From assembly GCA_002269645.1 (NCBI GenBank), contig NIVC01001856.1:165695-229694 (forward strand): a stretch of DNA of 64,000 nucleotides, given 5' to 3'. The notes under the pieces are model-generated. The model had not been told where the DNA came from. It did no database searches and was given only the letters and a program-made list of their open reading frames with translations. Source of the stretch: Macrostomum lignano. Lineage: Eukaryota. A program made the position numbers and the translations under genes. This document shows, piece after piece, positions 11,353-23,183 of this stretch (the first letter of the stretch is position 1; each line of letters begins with the position of its first letter).

Positions 11353-13223
11353 ATCAGGACTGGTACTCGTAAAAACTGCGTTTACCCGCATAACCAAAGA
11401 ATGCAGAAGTCAAATGATGCTCAAACTGCTGTATGAAATGAAGTAGCAGGTGTAATGAACAAGCTGGGTAATTTCATGCTGCGCACAGTCATAATCTACA
11501 GAGAGGTAAGAACTTATATTTACGAGATTTACGTTTATTATTAGTGGTTGTTTGCCGACATCGGTTTGATTAAAACAAATGCTAAATGCGTACAATACAA
11601 TAATGGAATTAAAACTGTATTCTATAAAAGTTGTAGCTAATGGCAAAACATATGTGAGCGAAGAACAATTACAATTTTCAATAACGGAATATAAAGATAG
11701 CAGTAGACGATCAGAGATTCGGGTCCATTTCTTAGATGTCTATGGCCGAACCTCATAATTCGTAACAGATGAAAGTTTAATAAGTCATATTAAATAACAA
11801 TAATATTCTACAGCCATATTATAATTAATCAATATGCTGTACCAATAATAAATTAAGAATAAATAAATTAAAACGTTTTATTTTTTTATTAAAGATATAA
11901 GTCATTAAAATATTAGAGTATGAATCAGATCAAATTGTTTAATAATTTTGTAAATCACTGTAACAGTCGAGAAATTGAACTTAGAAAATTTACTATCAAA
12001 TCTTAATTCCATTTAGGTCCTTGTCAGTGCTAAAGAACGAATCAATTTGCACTGACTCGATAGTCTTTCTGACCATAGACAATCAGCAGGCGAATAGTAG
12101 GCTTTTACATGCAGTAGCCTAAAATACATGTAAGGTTGGCGACGGTGAGGGTGAAAAAAACGACGCCGGCAATGGCGTACGGCGACATCAAAAGGCGACA
12201 GCAAGTAGAAATGCGGCGATGATATTGGTAACGATGATTAGTGGCAGCCATGGTGACAATAAACAATCAGGTATAGTGACAATGAATCGATGAAGTCAAC
12301 GATTTTTCGAGGAACTGACGATTTGGCAGGTGGGGCAATTATAAATGATGTCTCGGTGAGACCTGCAAAAATATGAGGGAGTTCAGATATTTTATATGAT
12401 ATGAACGATAGTGCTTGTGCTGAGCGTTAATTGCATCTAGCAATAAAAATGATAACAACCTTAACATTAAAGATGGTAGTTGTAGTATTTTTCCTGTTAT
12501 TTTCAATAACCCATCTGCGTATTTACTTATTATTTTCACTCTACAGTAGGTTTGCAATTCTTTGATATTAAATTTGTTTGTTTTTACCTTACACTTCCAA
12601 CATTGCTTAATTAATTCGATAATGTTCAACAAATATTGATTCGCTTAGTTCGTCGTTTGCCCGCACCTATATAATAAAATCTTCGATTTGACGTTTTGCT
12701 CTGAAATCTTCTTATTTTCGCTCTAGAACGTTCGATATTCTTTCGATAATTAGTATGCGCGCGCCTTTTTACTTTTAAGTAGTATCGTGTGCTTATCCTT
12801 CATTCGAGCTTGCCTTTTTCGGAGGAGGGGAGGTTGTGGACGTGGACGTGGATTGCATTTTTCTAATGTGACTTAGGATTACTTTTGGAATTAATATTTA
12901 AAAGCTATATTTATTTTGACCTTATGTTTTTTTATTTTTATATTTACTGTATTATCTTATTTGGTTTATTTGGTTTATGACGACGCGTGGGTCGACGTCA
13001 ACCGGAGAGGCGGCTCAGCGTGCTTGGCTACGCCGACGACCTCGCCCTGCTGTCCTCAACTGTCGAGGGCGCCCAGCGACAACTGGACAAGCTAGTTGCT
13101 GTTGCGGCGAGTGTCGGCCTGGTGGTCAACACGCAGAAAACCGTCGTGCTCTGCGTGCCGGACGACATCGAAGCTGCGATTTTGTTCCGAGGCGCTGATG
13201 GACAGGCGACAGAGCTTCCGCGT

Positions 13224-13666
13224 CGTGCAGAGACATCCGGGCTGCCATCATGACCCTCTCTGGTCACGGCTGCTTCTCCAGGCACCAGTACCTGCAGGGC
13301 AACGCCACCAACGCCACCTGTAGTTTCTGCAACTCAGGTGACGAAACCGCTGAGCATTTCGTCAGCATCTGTCCCGCGTTCACGCGGGCCAGACTCACTT
13401 ACCTCGGGCCACACACATCTATTACTAAAGTGTGCAAACCCGAAAACTTTAATCAGCTCATGCGCTACCTTCGGGCCACCCGCAGGGCTGAACTCTCCTT
13501 TCCAGAGAGCACTATAGCTGCTGGCGACACTGGGGGACCTCCCTGGGCGGCGCCAACCCTCCGTCCATAGCGACGCGTCGGCCGTTCAGGGACTAGCGGA
13601 ATGGGCGCCCGCGCCTTCCCGCTGTGTCCCCTCCGGGACAGCCCTGCAGTTAAGTCAAGTAAGTCA
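13224..13666 (+). mobile_element. Nested 3' fragment of an R1/Loa/I-group-like LINE with a 13-bp TSD
   Basis: Encodes LSGHGCFSRHQYLQG..CSFCNSGDETAEHFVSICPAF (CCHC C-terminus) and ends in a TAAGTCAAGTAAGTCA tail. Flanked by the direct repeat AGAGCTTCCGCGT at 13211-13223 and 13667-13679. Confidence 0.85.
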
Positions 13667-14069
13667 AGAGCTTCCGCGTTTTCAGCAGTTCGTCTACCTC
13701 GGCGGTCTGGTTCCCGGTGTCCGCGAGGATTTGCGGCGTCGCCGCGGGCTTGCCTGGGCTGCCTTTCGTTCTGTGATAGCGGTCCTGCAGTCCGAGGCCT
13801 TAGCTGACCGCCAGAGGGTGGCGTTGTTCCAGGTGGTGGTCGAGACCGTCCTGCTGTACAACGCCGAGACATGGACGCTGACGGAGTCGCTCGAGCAACA
13901 AGTTGACGCGGCGCACGCTGGCCTGCTGCGCGCCGCCTTCAAGATCGGCTACGAGCGAGTGACCAACGCGGCATTGTATCGCCGCGCCGGCCTGGTCCGT
14001 CCAAGCGACCTGCTGCGCCATCGACGACTCCAGCTGGCAGGCCACATCATCTGCGCCGAGTCGTACTGC

Positions 14070-14205
14070 CACACCTGACTGCCTCGCCGGCACACCTGAC
14101 TGCTTTGCAGCCACACCTGACTGCCTCGCCGGCACACCTGACTGCTTCGCTGCCACACCTGACTGCCTCGCCGCCACACCTGACTGCCTCGCCGCCACAC
14201 CTGAC
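14070..14205. repeat. 21-bp tandem repeat (related copy at 14520-14640)
   Basis: Unit CACACCTGACTGCCTCGCCG(G/C). Confidence 0.85.
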
Positions 14206-16089
14206 AGCTTCGATGCCCCTCCTGTTGCTGTCGACGGCCCTGCATCCAGTTCTCAATTATGCCTGAGTCCTATTCGTGTGCATTGTGCAGCAGGTATTTG
14301 GCGCATTGCTGCAAACAACCATGAAGAACTCGATGATATCGCTTTCGAAGAACAACAAAGTTCTGTGAGTATTAATGAATTTAGTGCGTCTATATCTTAT
14401 TCCCCCCTCTCTCTCTCCCCTGTCTGCCTCTTCGTCTGCCTCTTTCCCTTCCCTACTTGAATTTGTATTGTATGAATTCTTGTTCTAAATTCCTCCAGCC
14501 AGCCTCTATCCGTGGCTCACCTGACAACCCCGCTGTCTGCCGCGCTGCCCCACCTGACTGCCTCCCGGGCACACCTGACGACCTCGCTGCCACACCTGAC
14601 TGCCGCGCTGCCACAGCTGACTGCCTCGCCGTCACACCTGATAGCTTCGATTCCCCACCTGTTGCTGTGGACGAGCCTGCATCCAGTTCCCACTTGAGAC
14701 TGAGTCCTATTCGTATGCATCGTGTAGCAGGTATTTGGTGCATCGCTGCAAACAACCATGAAGAGCTCGGTGATATTGCTTGTGAAGAACAAGCCGGTGA
14801 CAATGCTGGTGACCGCCAAGTTAATGATCAAAGCGGCTATCAACATGGTGAACAAACTGTCGAGTACTGCGGCGACCAAGCCGGCTACGAACCTGGCGAC
14901 CATATCGGTGACAATTTGCATGACCAAGCCGACGAGCAAGCGTGTGAAAGATGTGTAGTTCATCCGGTTCGTCTTCGTCATGAAGCAGGTATGTGACGCA
15001 TGTCTTCAACAGTGGATGGTTGCACGGGATCTGTGGTTGGCGCGCACTACAGGGTTGCGGAAGAGAATAATAACAAGAGGGACCAAAGGCCGAGTAGTAG
15101 GAAAAGCAGTGTCAGTGGTCAAAGCATGTTTCTTCGGAGTCGTTGCAGTCACGAAGGCAGTCTTCGGTCGGAGCGCGGTTGCAAGTTGGCTGTCGGAACC
15201 TTGTCTCGGGGAGCAGGCGCGCACTCGGCGTTTCGTCGATTGCCTGCTGGCTGACGCCGGCGCCCCGGATTCGGCCGGCGGCGTGGCGTTCATTCGCGAC
15301 CTTGCCTTGAAGCGCGCCCTGAGACGCTAAATGCGTATTCTGTTGTTGTTGTTGTTATTGTTTATTAACTTTGTTTATCTATTTCCAGAAGTGTGGTCCA
15401 TTCAAACTTGTTTAGTTCTTTTTGCCATTTTCCGCGCTCTGAGTGTTACTTCTCCCGTAGGCTTGGCATCACCGTTAGTAATAGTGTCAGATTGTATCTT
15501 TGACACGCGCAGCTAGTGGGCATTGCTATACTAAAACTACGCGCTCATACTATCTAATATTAAGGTTGTTTTCATTTTTATTGCTAGATGGAATTAACGC
15601 TCAGCACGTGCACCATCGTTCATATCAACTAAAATATCTGAACTTCCTCACACACATTACCGATTCCGGAACCAGAATCGGTTCGGATCTTCCAAGAAAA
15701 AAGCAGTATTTATAACATAACTATTTAACTTTGTTGAATTTTTAAATACCAATTGACAGCCTCACTTTGCACAATTATTTAAATTTCTTCTTGGTTATTG
15801 CCATTCAATAATTAAAATATGTAATGTGCAGTACGGCATGCTAATTTTATTGACTGTTTGTTATTACTGCCCTCCCTTGACCCCGCAATGCAGTGCCATT
15901 GACAAATATCATGTTCCAGGATTTATGGCAGTAGCTGCCCGCTAATCTGCGGGCAGTTTAACAACAGTTTCACATACGAGATATAATTAGGAAAAGCTTC
16001 GTTTTCATCAAATGAAAGTGTCTATGATTACAGGGTATTAATATACTATTGAATATTTTATGCCAAATTTTATTGGAGACGAGAGGCGC

Positions 16090-17356
16090 TAAAGTACTGA
16101 GGGGATGGGGAAGGGGTAAGCGGTGGGCTCTGAAGGATTGAGGGGATGGGGAAGGGGTAAGCGGTGGGCTCTGAAGGATTGAGGGGATGGGGAAGGGGTT
16201 CAAGCGGTGGGCTCTGAAGGATTGAGGGGATGGGGAAGGGGTTCAAGCGGTGGGCTCTGAAGGATTGAGGGGATGGGGAAGGGGTAAGCGGTGGGCTCTG
16301 AAGGATTGACGGGATGGGGAAGGGGTAAGCGGTGGGCTCTGAAGGATTGAGGGGATGGGGAAGGGGTAAGCGGTGGGCTCTGAAGGATTGACGGGATGGG
16401 GAAGGGGTAAGCGGTGGGCTCTGAAGGATTGAGGGGATGGGGAAGGGGTTCAAGCGGTGGGCTCTGAAGGATTGAGGGGATGGGGAAGGGGTAAGCGGTG
16501 GGCTCTGAAGGATTGAGGGGATGGGGAAGGGGTTCAAGCGGTGGGCTCTGAAGGATTGAGGGGATGGGGAAGGGGTTCAAGCGGTGGGCTCTGAAGGATT
16601 GATGGGATGGGGAAGGGGTAAGCGGTGGGCTCTGAAGGATTGAGGGGATGGGGAAGGGGTAAGCGGTGGGCTCTGAAGGATTGAGGGGATGGGGAAGGGG
16701 TTCAAGCCGTGGGCTCTGAAGGATTGACGGGATGGGGAAGGGGTAAGCGGTGGGCTCTGAAGGATTGAGGGGATGGGGAAGGGGTTCAAGCGGTGGGCTC
16801 TGAAGGATTGAGGGGATGGGGAAGGGGTAAGCGGTGGGCTCTGAAGGATTGAGGGGATGGGGAAGGGGTTCAAGCGGTGGGCTCTGAAGGATTGAGGGGA
16901 TGGGGAAGGGGTAAGCGGTGGGCTCTGAAGGATTGAGGGGATGGGGAAGGGGTTCAAGCCGTGGGCTCTGAAGGATTGAGAGGATGGGGAAGGGGTAAGC
17001 GGTGGGCTCTGAAGGATTGAGGGGATGTGAAAGGGGTTCAAGCGGTGGGCTCTGAAGGATTGAGGGGATGGGGAAGGGGTAAGCGGTGGGCTCTGAAGGA
17101 TTGAGGGGATGGGGAAGGGGTAAGCGGTGGGCTCTGAAGGATTGAGGGGATGGAGAAGGGGTTCAAGCCGTGGGCTCTGAAGGATTGAGAGGATGGGGAA
17201 GGGGTTCAAGCGGTGGGCTCTGAAGGATTGAGAGGATGGGGAAGGGGTTCAAGCGGTGGGCTCTGAAGGATTGAGGGGATGGGGAAGGGGTTCAAGCGGT
17301 GGGCTCTGAAGGATTGAGAGGATGTGGAAGGGGTTCAAGCCGTGGTCTCTGAAGGA
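16090..17356. repeat. 41/43-bp G-rich minisatellite related to the 41-bp family
   Basis: Unit AGGGGT(A/TCA)AGCGGTGGGCTCTGAAGGATTGAGGGGATGGGGA. Confidence 0.95.
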
Positions 17357-18219
17357 TCAGTACTGGTAAATATTTGTATACATCCAAAGAAGAATAACAA
17401 AGTCAAAAGATGCTCATTAATTTTTGCTCAAAAGAATTGTTGTACAATTGTATATTCATACGGACCTTAATATGAAATGCAGTTGCAGGTGTCATGAACA
17501 GCTGCGTTTCATGTTGTTCACAGTCATAATCTACATAGGAAAGAAATTCGTATACAGAACTTAAATACGACAGAAAATACGTTTTTTATTAGTGGCTACT
17601 TGCCACTTCCTTTTGATTAAAACAATTCTAGATGCGTACGATACGAAAATTAAATGAAAGTTGCATTGAATAGAAGTTGTATTGACAAAAAATTACAATT
17701 TGCAAGGACAAAATGTAAAAATACGAGCGTAACAGCAATTTCTAAAATGTTTATGGCCGAACTTGATTATTTAAAACAAAAAATAAAATCACGAAAAAAA
17801 CAATAATAGTATATCATAATCAAATTACAATTCTTTACACTTTAGTATGCTATAATATATATTATGTACGTTGTCCGGACTCAACAGTTGTTTTTGGCCA
17901 TAGACATGATCAGTAGGCAAACAGGTTAGCTCAGACTAAATAGCTCGTACCTATAAAATATGATAGGTCAATACTGTTACGATCGTAATAAGCGTATTGA
18001 TATTGGTCTAACTTTTGTAAAGCAGGATGAATGTACAAAATTTTATCTTGCATGCACTGCATTGTATTGTTCGGGCAGTATTACGACATGCTACTTTTAT
18101 TGACTATTTGCTTTTTAGTCTGACGTCGAAGACGTCGGATTGAACATTCCAATCATTTTAAGCTAATTTTCAACCTAATCTACCACGAATGAATCTGAGT
18201 GAGTGCAGCATGTCTCAAA

Positions 18220-18891
18220 TCAATTATGAATTGGATTGGCCACTGGCGGCATGGGGACCCCGGCCGACACGGAGGGCAGCGGGCCGCTATTGCCGCCGCT
18301 GTTCACCACCACAGCGCCGGCCGCGTTGTCAAAGAACGCGAAGGCGAACGCCGAATTATTTCGACGACGTCTCGACGAACGTCGATACCGACGCTCCAGC
18401 GCTTCTTCCTCGCGAATTCGGCGCTGCTCAGTTGGCGACGGTTGCCGACCGCCGCCGATGGAGGCGAGCAGGCGGCCCAGTCGGTCGCTGCAGGCCTCGG
18501 CTGTGCGGCGGAGCGCCCGGCCAAACTGGTTTAAGCTGCCGCTGCCGCCTTCGCTGTCGACTTGACTCGATTTGTCGCTTTGACTCGACAGCGGCTGCTG
18601 GCCGGCCGCAATGGCCGAGTCGTCCTCTGGCGCGCCATTGTCCTCGCTTGTGTACACCAGCCGTCGGCGCGTCTGCGGGGTCCGGCGACGCCGGCGACGC
18701 CGTGGCAGACCGGTGTCCTCGTCCTCCACCTCAGCCGAGTCCGTCGCCGCCGGCTCATTGTTGACTTGATCGCTGCAAGCGTCCATGGCCTGCTGCTGAT
18801 GCCGCTGCAGTGCCGCCTGCGATGCAAGTGGGGCCGCCGCCAGGGATTTTATGAGGATGGGGGACAACGCAAAAGCATTTTTAACCCATAA
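18220..18891 (-). CDS. Probable terminal coding exon of an unidentified low-complexity protein (acidic and Arg-rich patches)
   Basis: GC-rich open frame of about 220 codons (..DSAEVEDEDTGLPRRRRRRRTPQTRRRL..EQRRIREEEALERRYRRSSRRRR..) ending in a stop at 18220, with a candidate acceptor cttgcag near 18892. No family recognised. Confidence 0.4.
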   Translation of the reverse strand, partial: LWVKNAFALSPILIKSLAAAPLASQAALQRHQQQAMDACSDQVNNEPAATDSAEVEDEDTGLPRRRRRRRTPQTRRRLVYTSEDNGAPEDDSAIAAGQQPLSSQSDKSSQVDSEGGSGSLNQFGRALRRTAEACSDRLGRLLASIGGGRQPSPTEQRRIREEEALERRYRRSSRRRRNNSAFAFAFFDNAAGAVVVNSGGNSGPLPSVSAGVPMPPVANPIHN

Positions 18892-19519
18892 CTGCAAGCA
18901 CGCGCACTGATTAAGGCTGGAGCAATCCCTCCACAAGCTCGCATGTGGATCTGGACAGCAGCTCAGCAGCTCCCATTGTACCCCAAACTGCCTGAGCTAA
19001 AAAACACTACAGGCGGCCCGGCAGCAGTGCACGAAGGAAGGAAATAATGGACTAAACAATGTTGCAGAAATTCACTGAAGCACGGACGAAAATGAACGGG
19101 GTACACAGAGAGAGAGGCCTGTCAGCTGCCATAGCTGCATTCAGGCGAAAGCGAATCGGTGGCTTGAGGTGGGTGAGATTGCTGCTTCTGCTGCTGCTGT
19201 TTGCTGGCGAGCTTGCTGCAGAAGACTGCCAGGTGAGTAAAGGAGAGAGTTAGAGAGAAATGCCTCTTGGCTACTGGCTTTTGCAAATACCAATGGCGAA
19301 ATGCATCTTGAGGAGCGCATGTTGGCGGCATGTAAAGCGTGCTTAGAGGCGCTGTATTGAACTTTTAGTTTCCTACTATGAAACAATATCTGCTATGAAA
19401 TACAGTCTGCCTGCCACCAATAAAGTTCTGCAGAAGCAGAATAATAACATAGTTTAATTTTCTTTGATGCTCATAACTCTAAAATTCAAAGATCTCTTGC
19501 AGTAGTTTTATTTAGCTAA

Positions 19520-21255
19520 CTGGCATTGGCTAAAAAAACTGGCACTGGCTCAAATGAACTGGCACTGGCTCAAATAAACTGGCACTGGCTAAAAAAACTG
19601 GCACTGGCTAAAAAAACTGGCACTGACTCAAATGAACTGGCACTGGCTAAAAAAACTGGCACTGGCTCAAATGAACTGGCACTGGCTCAAATGAACTGGC
19701 ACTGGCTCAAATGAACTGGCACTGGCTCAAATGAACTGGCACTGGCTCAAATGAACTGGCACTGGCTCAAATGAACTGGCACTGGCTCAAATAAACTGGC
19801 ACTAGCTCAAATGAACTGGCACTGGCTCAAATGAACTGGCACTGGCTCAAATGAACTGGCACTGGCTCAAATAAACTGGCACTGGCTCAAATGAACTGGC
19901 ACTGGCTCAAATGAACTGGCACTGGCTCAAATGAACTGGCACTGGCTCAAATAAACTGGCACTGGCTCTAATGAACTGGCAATGGCTCAAATGAACTGGC
20001 ACTGGCTCAAATAAACTGGCACTGGCTCAAATGAACTGGCACTGGCTCAAATGAACTGGCACTGGCTCAAATGAACTGGCAATGGCTCAAATGAACTGGC
20101 ACTGGCTCAAATGAACTGGCACTGGCTCAAATGAACTGGCACTGGCTCAAATAAACTGGCACTGGCTCAAATGAACTGGCACTGGCTCAAATGAACTGGC
20201 ACTGGCTCAAATGAACTGGCAATGGCTCAAATGAACTGGCACTGGCTCAAATGAACTGGCACTGGCTCAAATGAACTGGCACTGGCTCAAATGAACTGGC
20301 ACTGGCTCAAATGAACTGGCACTGGCTCAAATGAACTGGCACTGGCTCAAATAAACTGGCACTAGCTCAAATGAACTGGCACTGGCTCAAATGAACTGGC
20401 ACTGGCTAAACTGGCACTGGCTCAAATGAACTGGCACTGGCTCAAATGAACTGGCACTGGCTCAAATGAACTGGCACTGGCTCAAATAAACTGGCACTAG
20501 CTCAAATGAACTGGCACTGGCTCAAATGAACTGGCACTGGCTCAAATGAACTGGCACTGGCTCAAATAAACTGGCACTGGCTCAAATGAACTGGCACTGG
20601 CTCAAATAAACTGGCACTGGCTCTAATGAACTGGCACTGGCTCAAATAAACTGGCACTGGCTCAAATGAACTGGCACTGGCTAAACTGGCACTGGCTAAA
20701 CTGGCACTGGCTCAAATAAACTGGCACTGGCTCTAATGAACTGGCACTGGCTCAAATAAACTGGCACTGGCTCTAATGAACTGGCACTGGCTGAAATAAA
20801 CTGGCACTGGCTCAAATGAACTGGCACTGGCTAAACTGGCACTGGCTAAACTGGCACTGGCTCAAATGAACTGGCACTGGCTCAAATGAACTGGCACTGG
20901 CTCAAATGAACTGGCACTGGCTCAAATGAACTGGCACTGGCTCAAATGAACTGGCACTGGCTCAAATAAACTGGCACTGGCTCAAATGAACTGGCACTGG
21001 CTCAAATAAACTGGCACTGGCTCAAATGAACTGGCACTGGCTAAACTGGCACTGGCTAAACTGGCACTGGCTCAAATGAACTGGCACTGGCTCAAATGAA
21101 CTGGCACTGGCTCAAATAAACTGGCACTGGCTCAAATGAACTGGCACTGGCTCAAATAAACTGGCACTGGCTCAAATGAACTGGCACTGGCTCAAATAAA
21201 CTGGCACTGGCTCAAATGAACTGGCACTGGCTCAAATAAACTGGCACTGGCTCAA
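19520..21255. repeat. 20-bp minisatellite with 15-bp deletion variants
   Basis: Unit AACTGGCACTGGCTCAAAT(G/A). Confidence 0.95.
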
Positions 21256-23183
21256 ATTTAGCCTACATAGTATGAGACATAAAACGGGCCCTCGAAAACA
21301 ATGATGTGACCAGTATCCAGTGCTGAAGAACTTATACAGCCAGGTGTTATAAGCCATGGCATTGCTGCCTAAAGGGCACAATGGGAACAGACTGTAAAGA
21401 GCGACAATATCTATGGGTTGCTGTTTTTTTTTACTTTGCGGCCACGCGCCCGGACTGTGAGCTGCAGCTGGGAGAGGCAGCCAAACAGCCAATTTCCTTT
21501 CCCATATCCTCTCTCCCCTTCCCCGGCCCCAATTCCCTTCCCCAAGAGCAGCTGGGACGGGCCGGGCCTGCTGCACCTTCTGAATAATTGATTTCTCAGT
21601 CTGTTGTTCAATCCTTGTGCAGTGCAGCATTTGCTGAGGCCAAGCCTCAGGCTCCGGCTAGCAGATCGGCCCAGTTCTGACTCGTAATCCGATGGGACGG
21701 CGAGCGAGACAGGGCTATTATCGCTGCTTTCAGATGGCATCGCTCCGTCCTCCTCTACGCTCTTATCGCAGGTTAACAATAAATTAATACTAACCAGAGT
21801 AGCCCTGAATAATTAGTGCAAACTGGCTCGCAGCGCGGCTATTAGAGGACAATTTGACTGCAGCCCTCCTCGGAAGATCAGATAAAGCGGAACATTTTAA
21901 TTCTTCAGTCCTGTCTCAATTGCATGAAAAGTTCTATAAACCAAGTCACGTTGCTATAGATAAAAGGAATTGGTTATTTGCGTATGTATAAATAGTTAAA
22001 GTTAAAAAAAAACTATTGTCGTTCTAATTCTACAATCTAAAATTGTCTTTTAAATAAAAGACAATCTACATAAAGATTAAGTAAAATGTATACAACAATT
22101 TCTTTTTAATAGAGTTTCTCAAAGTTCAGAATGTGTTGTTTTTATAAAATCTGATGATAACATCACATAAACAAAAACAACAGCTCCAATTTGGAGCCAT
22201 AGAAACACTAAGCAATAAAAAAATATTGTTCTTTTTTAGTTCTGGTAAAGTTTAAATCTTGACTTCATAAACAATTGATTATATTTTAACTAGATTAAAA
22301 ATAATTGTATGCAAGATGATCATTTTCAAAATAATACAGAGAGAGGATTGGTGAAGCTAAAATCTTTGTATTTGTATTTTATATTTTTAATATTTATAAA
22401 TCAATCTATATTTATGAAGGCTTTTAGGAAAATTTTACTGAACCGAACTCAAATTGTTTAATTCAATATTTATTGGAAAATTAAGTACAGTTCCCACCCA
22501 CACAAACATTTAAATTAGGTCGACGGCTCTCTAAATAGAAAGCAGCTAAATATGTTTGCTGGATCTCGAATGAAAATACGGTAAAATACTGTAGAAAAAA
22601 AACTAGGCCATGCTTACCCAGAGTAAGAACACAATTGAGATTATTGGCTGATGAAATGGTTTAAGCCAATTATTGTTACATGTTTCCGATGTTCTTCTTT
22701 GATTGGCTCTTCTAGACTTTTAAAACATCAATTGTCTGAATTCGATATAAGTTAAATCAGACTTGATGAAATTGTACAGAACAAAAAGCAAAATGCAATT
22801 TAAATGGAATTCGTAGAAGTCATTAATTTTAATATCGTGCTGTACAATTGAAATAACAAAATCACGAAATGCAAAGCGTCTTCTAGCTATTTAAATTTAT
22901 GTTTTTACAAAATCTAGTCAAACATTGTCGAACATTAGAAATATTCTATTTAGAACAGAAAGTGTAACAGTCGTACGAGAGTACATAACGATGGACAACA
23001 AACGTACCATAATATTTTAATACTATATCTAGGCTTAAAATCGCTTGAATACAGTAATCAGAAGGTATAAAGGTCGTGTACGAAATGGATTCAAATGTAG
23101 ATTGATGCAAAAATTAGAGGGCGTCTAGACAAGGTATGTACGCTCGTATAGAGACATTTATACACGAACTTGCATTTCTCTCA

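Larger units (their letters stand above)
12978..15360 (+). mobile_element. 5'-truncated RTE-like LINE (RT C-terminal half) interrupted by two insertions
   Basis: LGYADDLALL..GLVVNTQKT (12987-13223), then after the insert FVYLGG..RRRRGLAWAAFRSV..VETVLLYNAETWTLT..RRLQLAGHI (13680-14070). Resumes near 15205 with QARTRRFVDCLL..IRDLALKRALRR* and a (GTT)n tail at about 15340-15360. Confidence 0.85.

Noticed and set aside
12339-12632. MLRLLSFLLLDAINAQ as a third member of the secreted peptide family
   Set aside because: The codons are unrelated to the MLRL start of the peptide genes, there are no cysteines, and it is part of the inverted repeat pair.
3614-17356. Pro/Ser-rich ORFs over the 41-46-bp arrays, and a CRISPR-like look of the arrays
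   Set aside because: Units are head-to-tail with no unique spacers, there are no cas genes and the context is eukaryotic. The ORFs shift frame with each unit.
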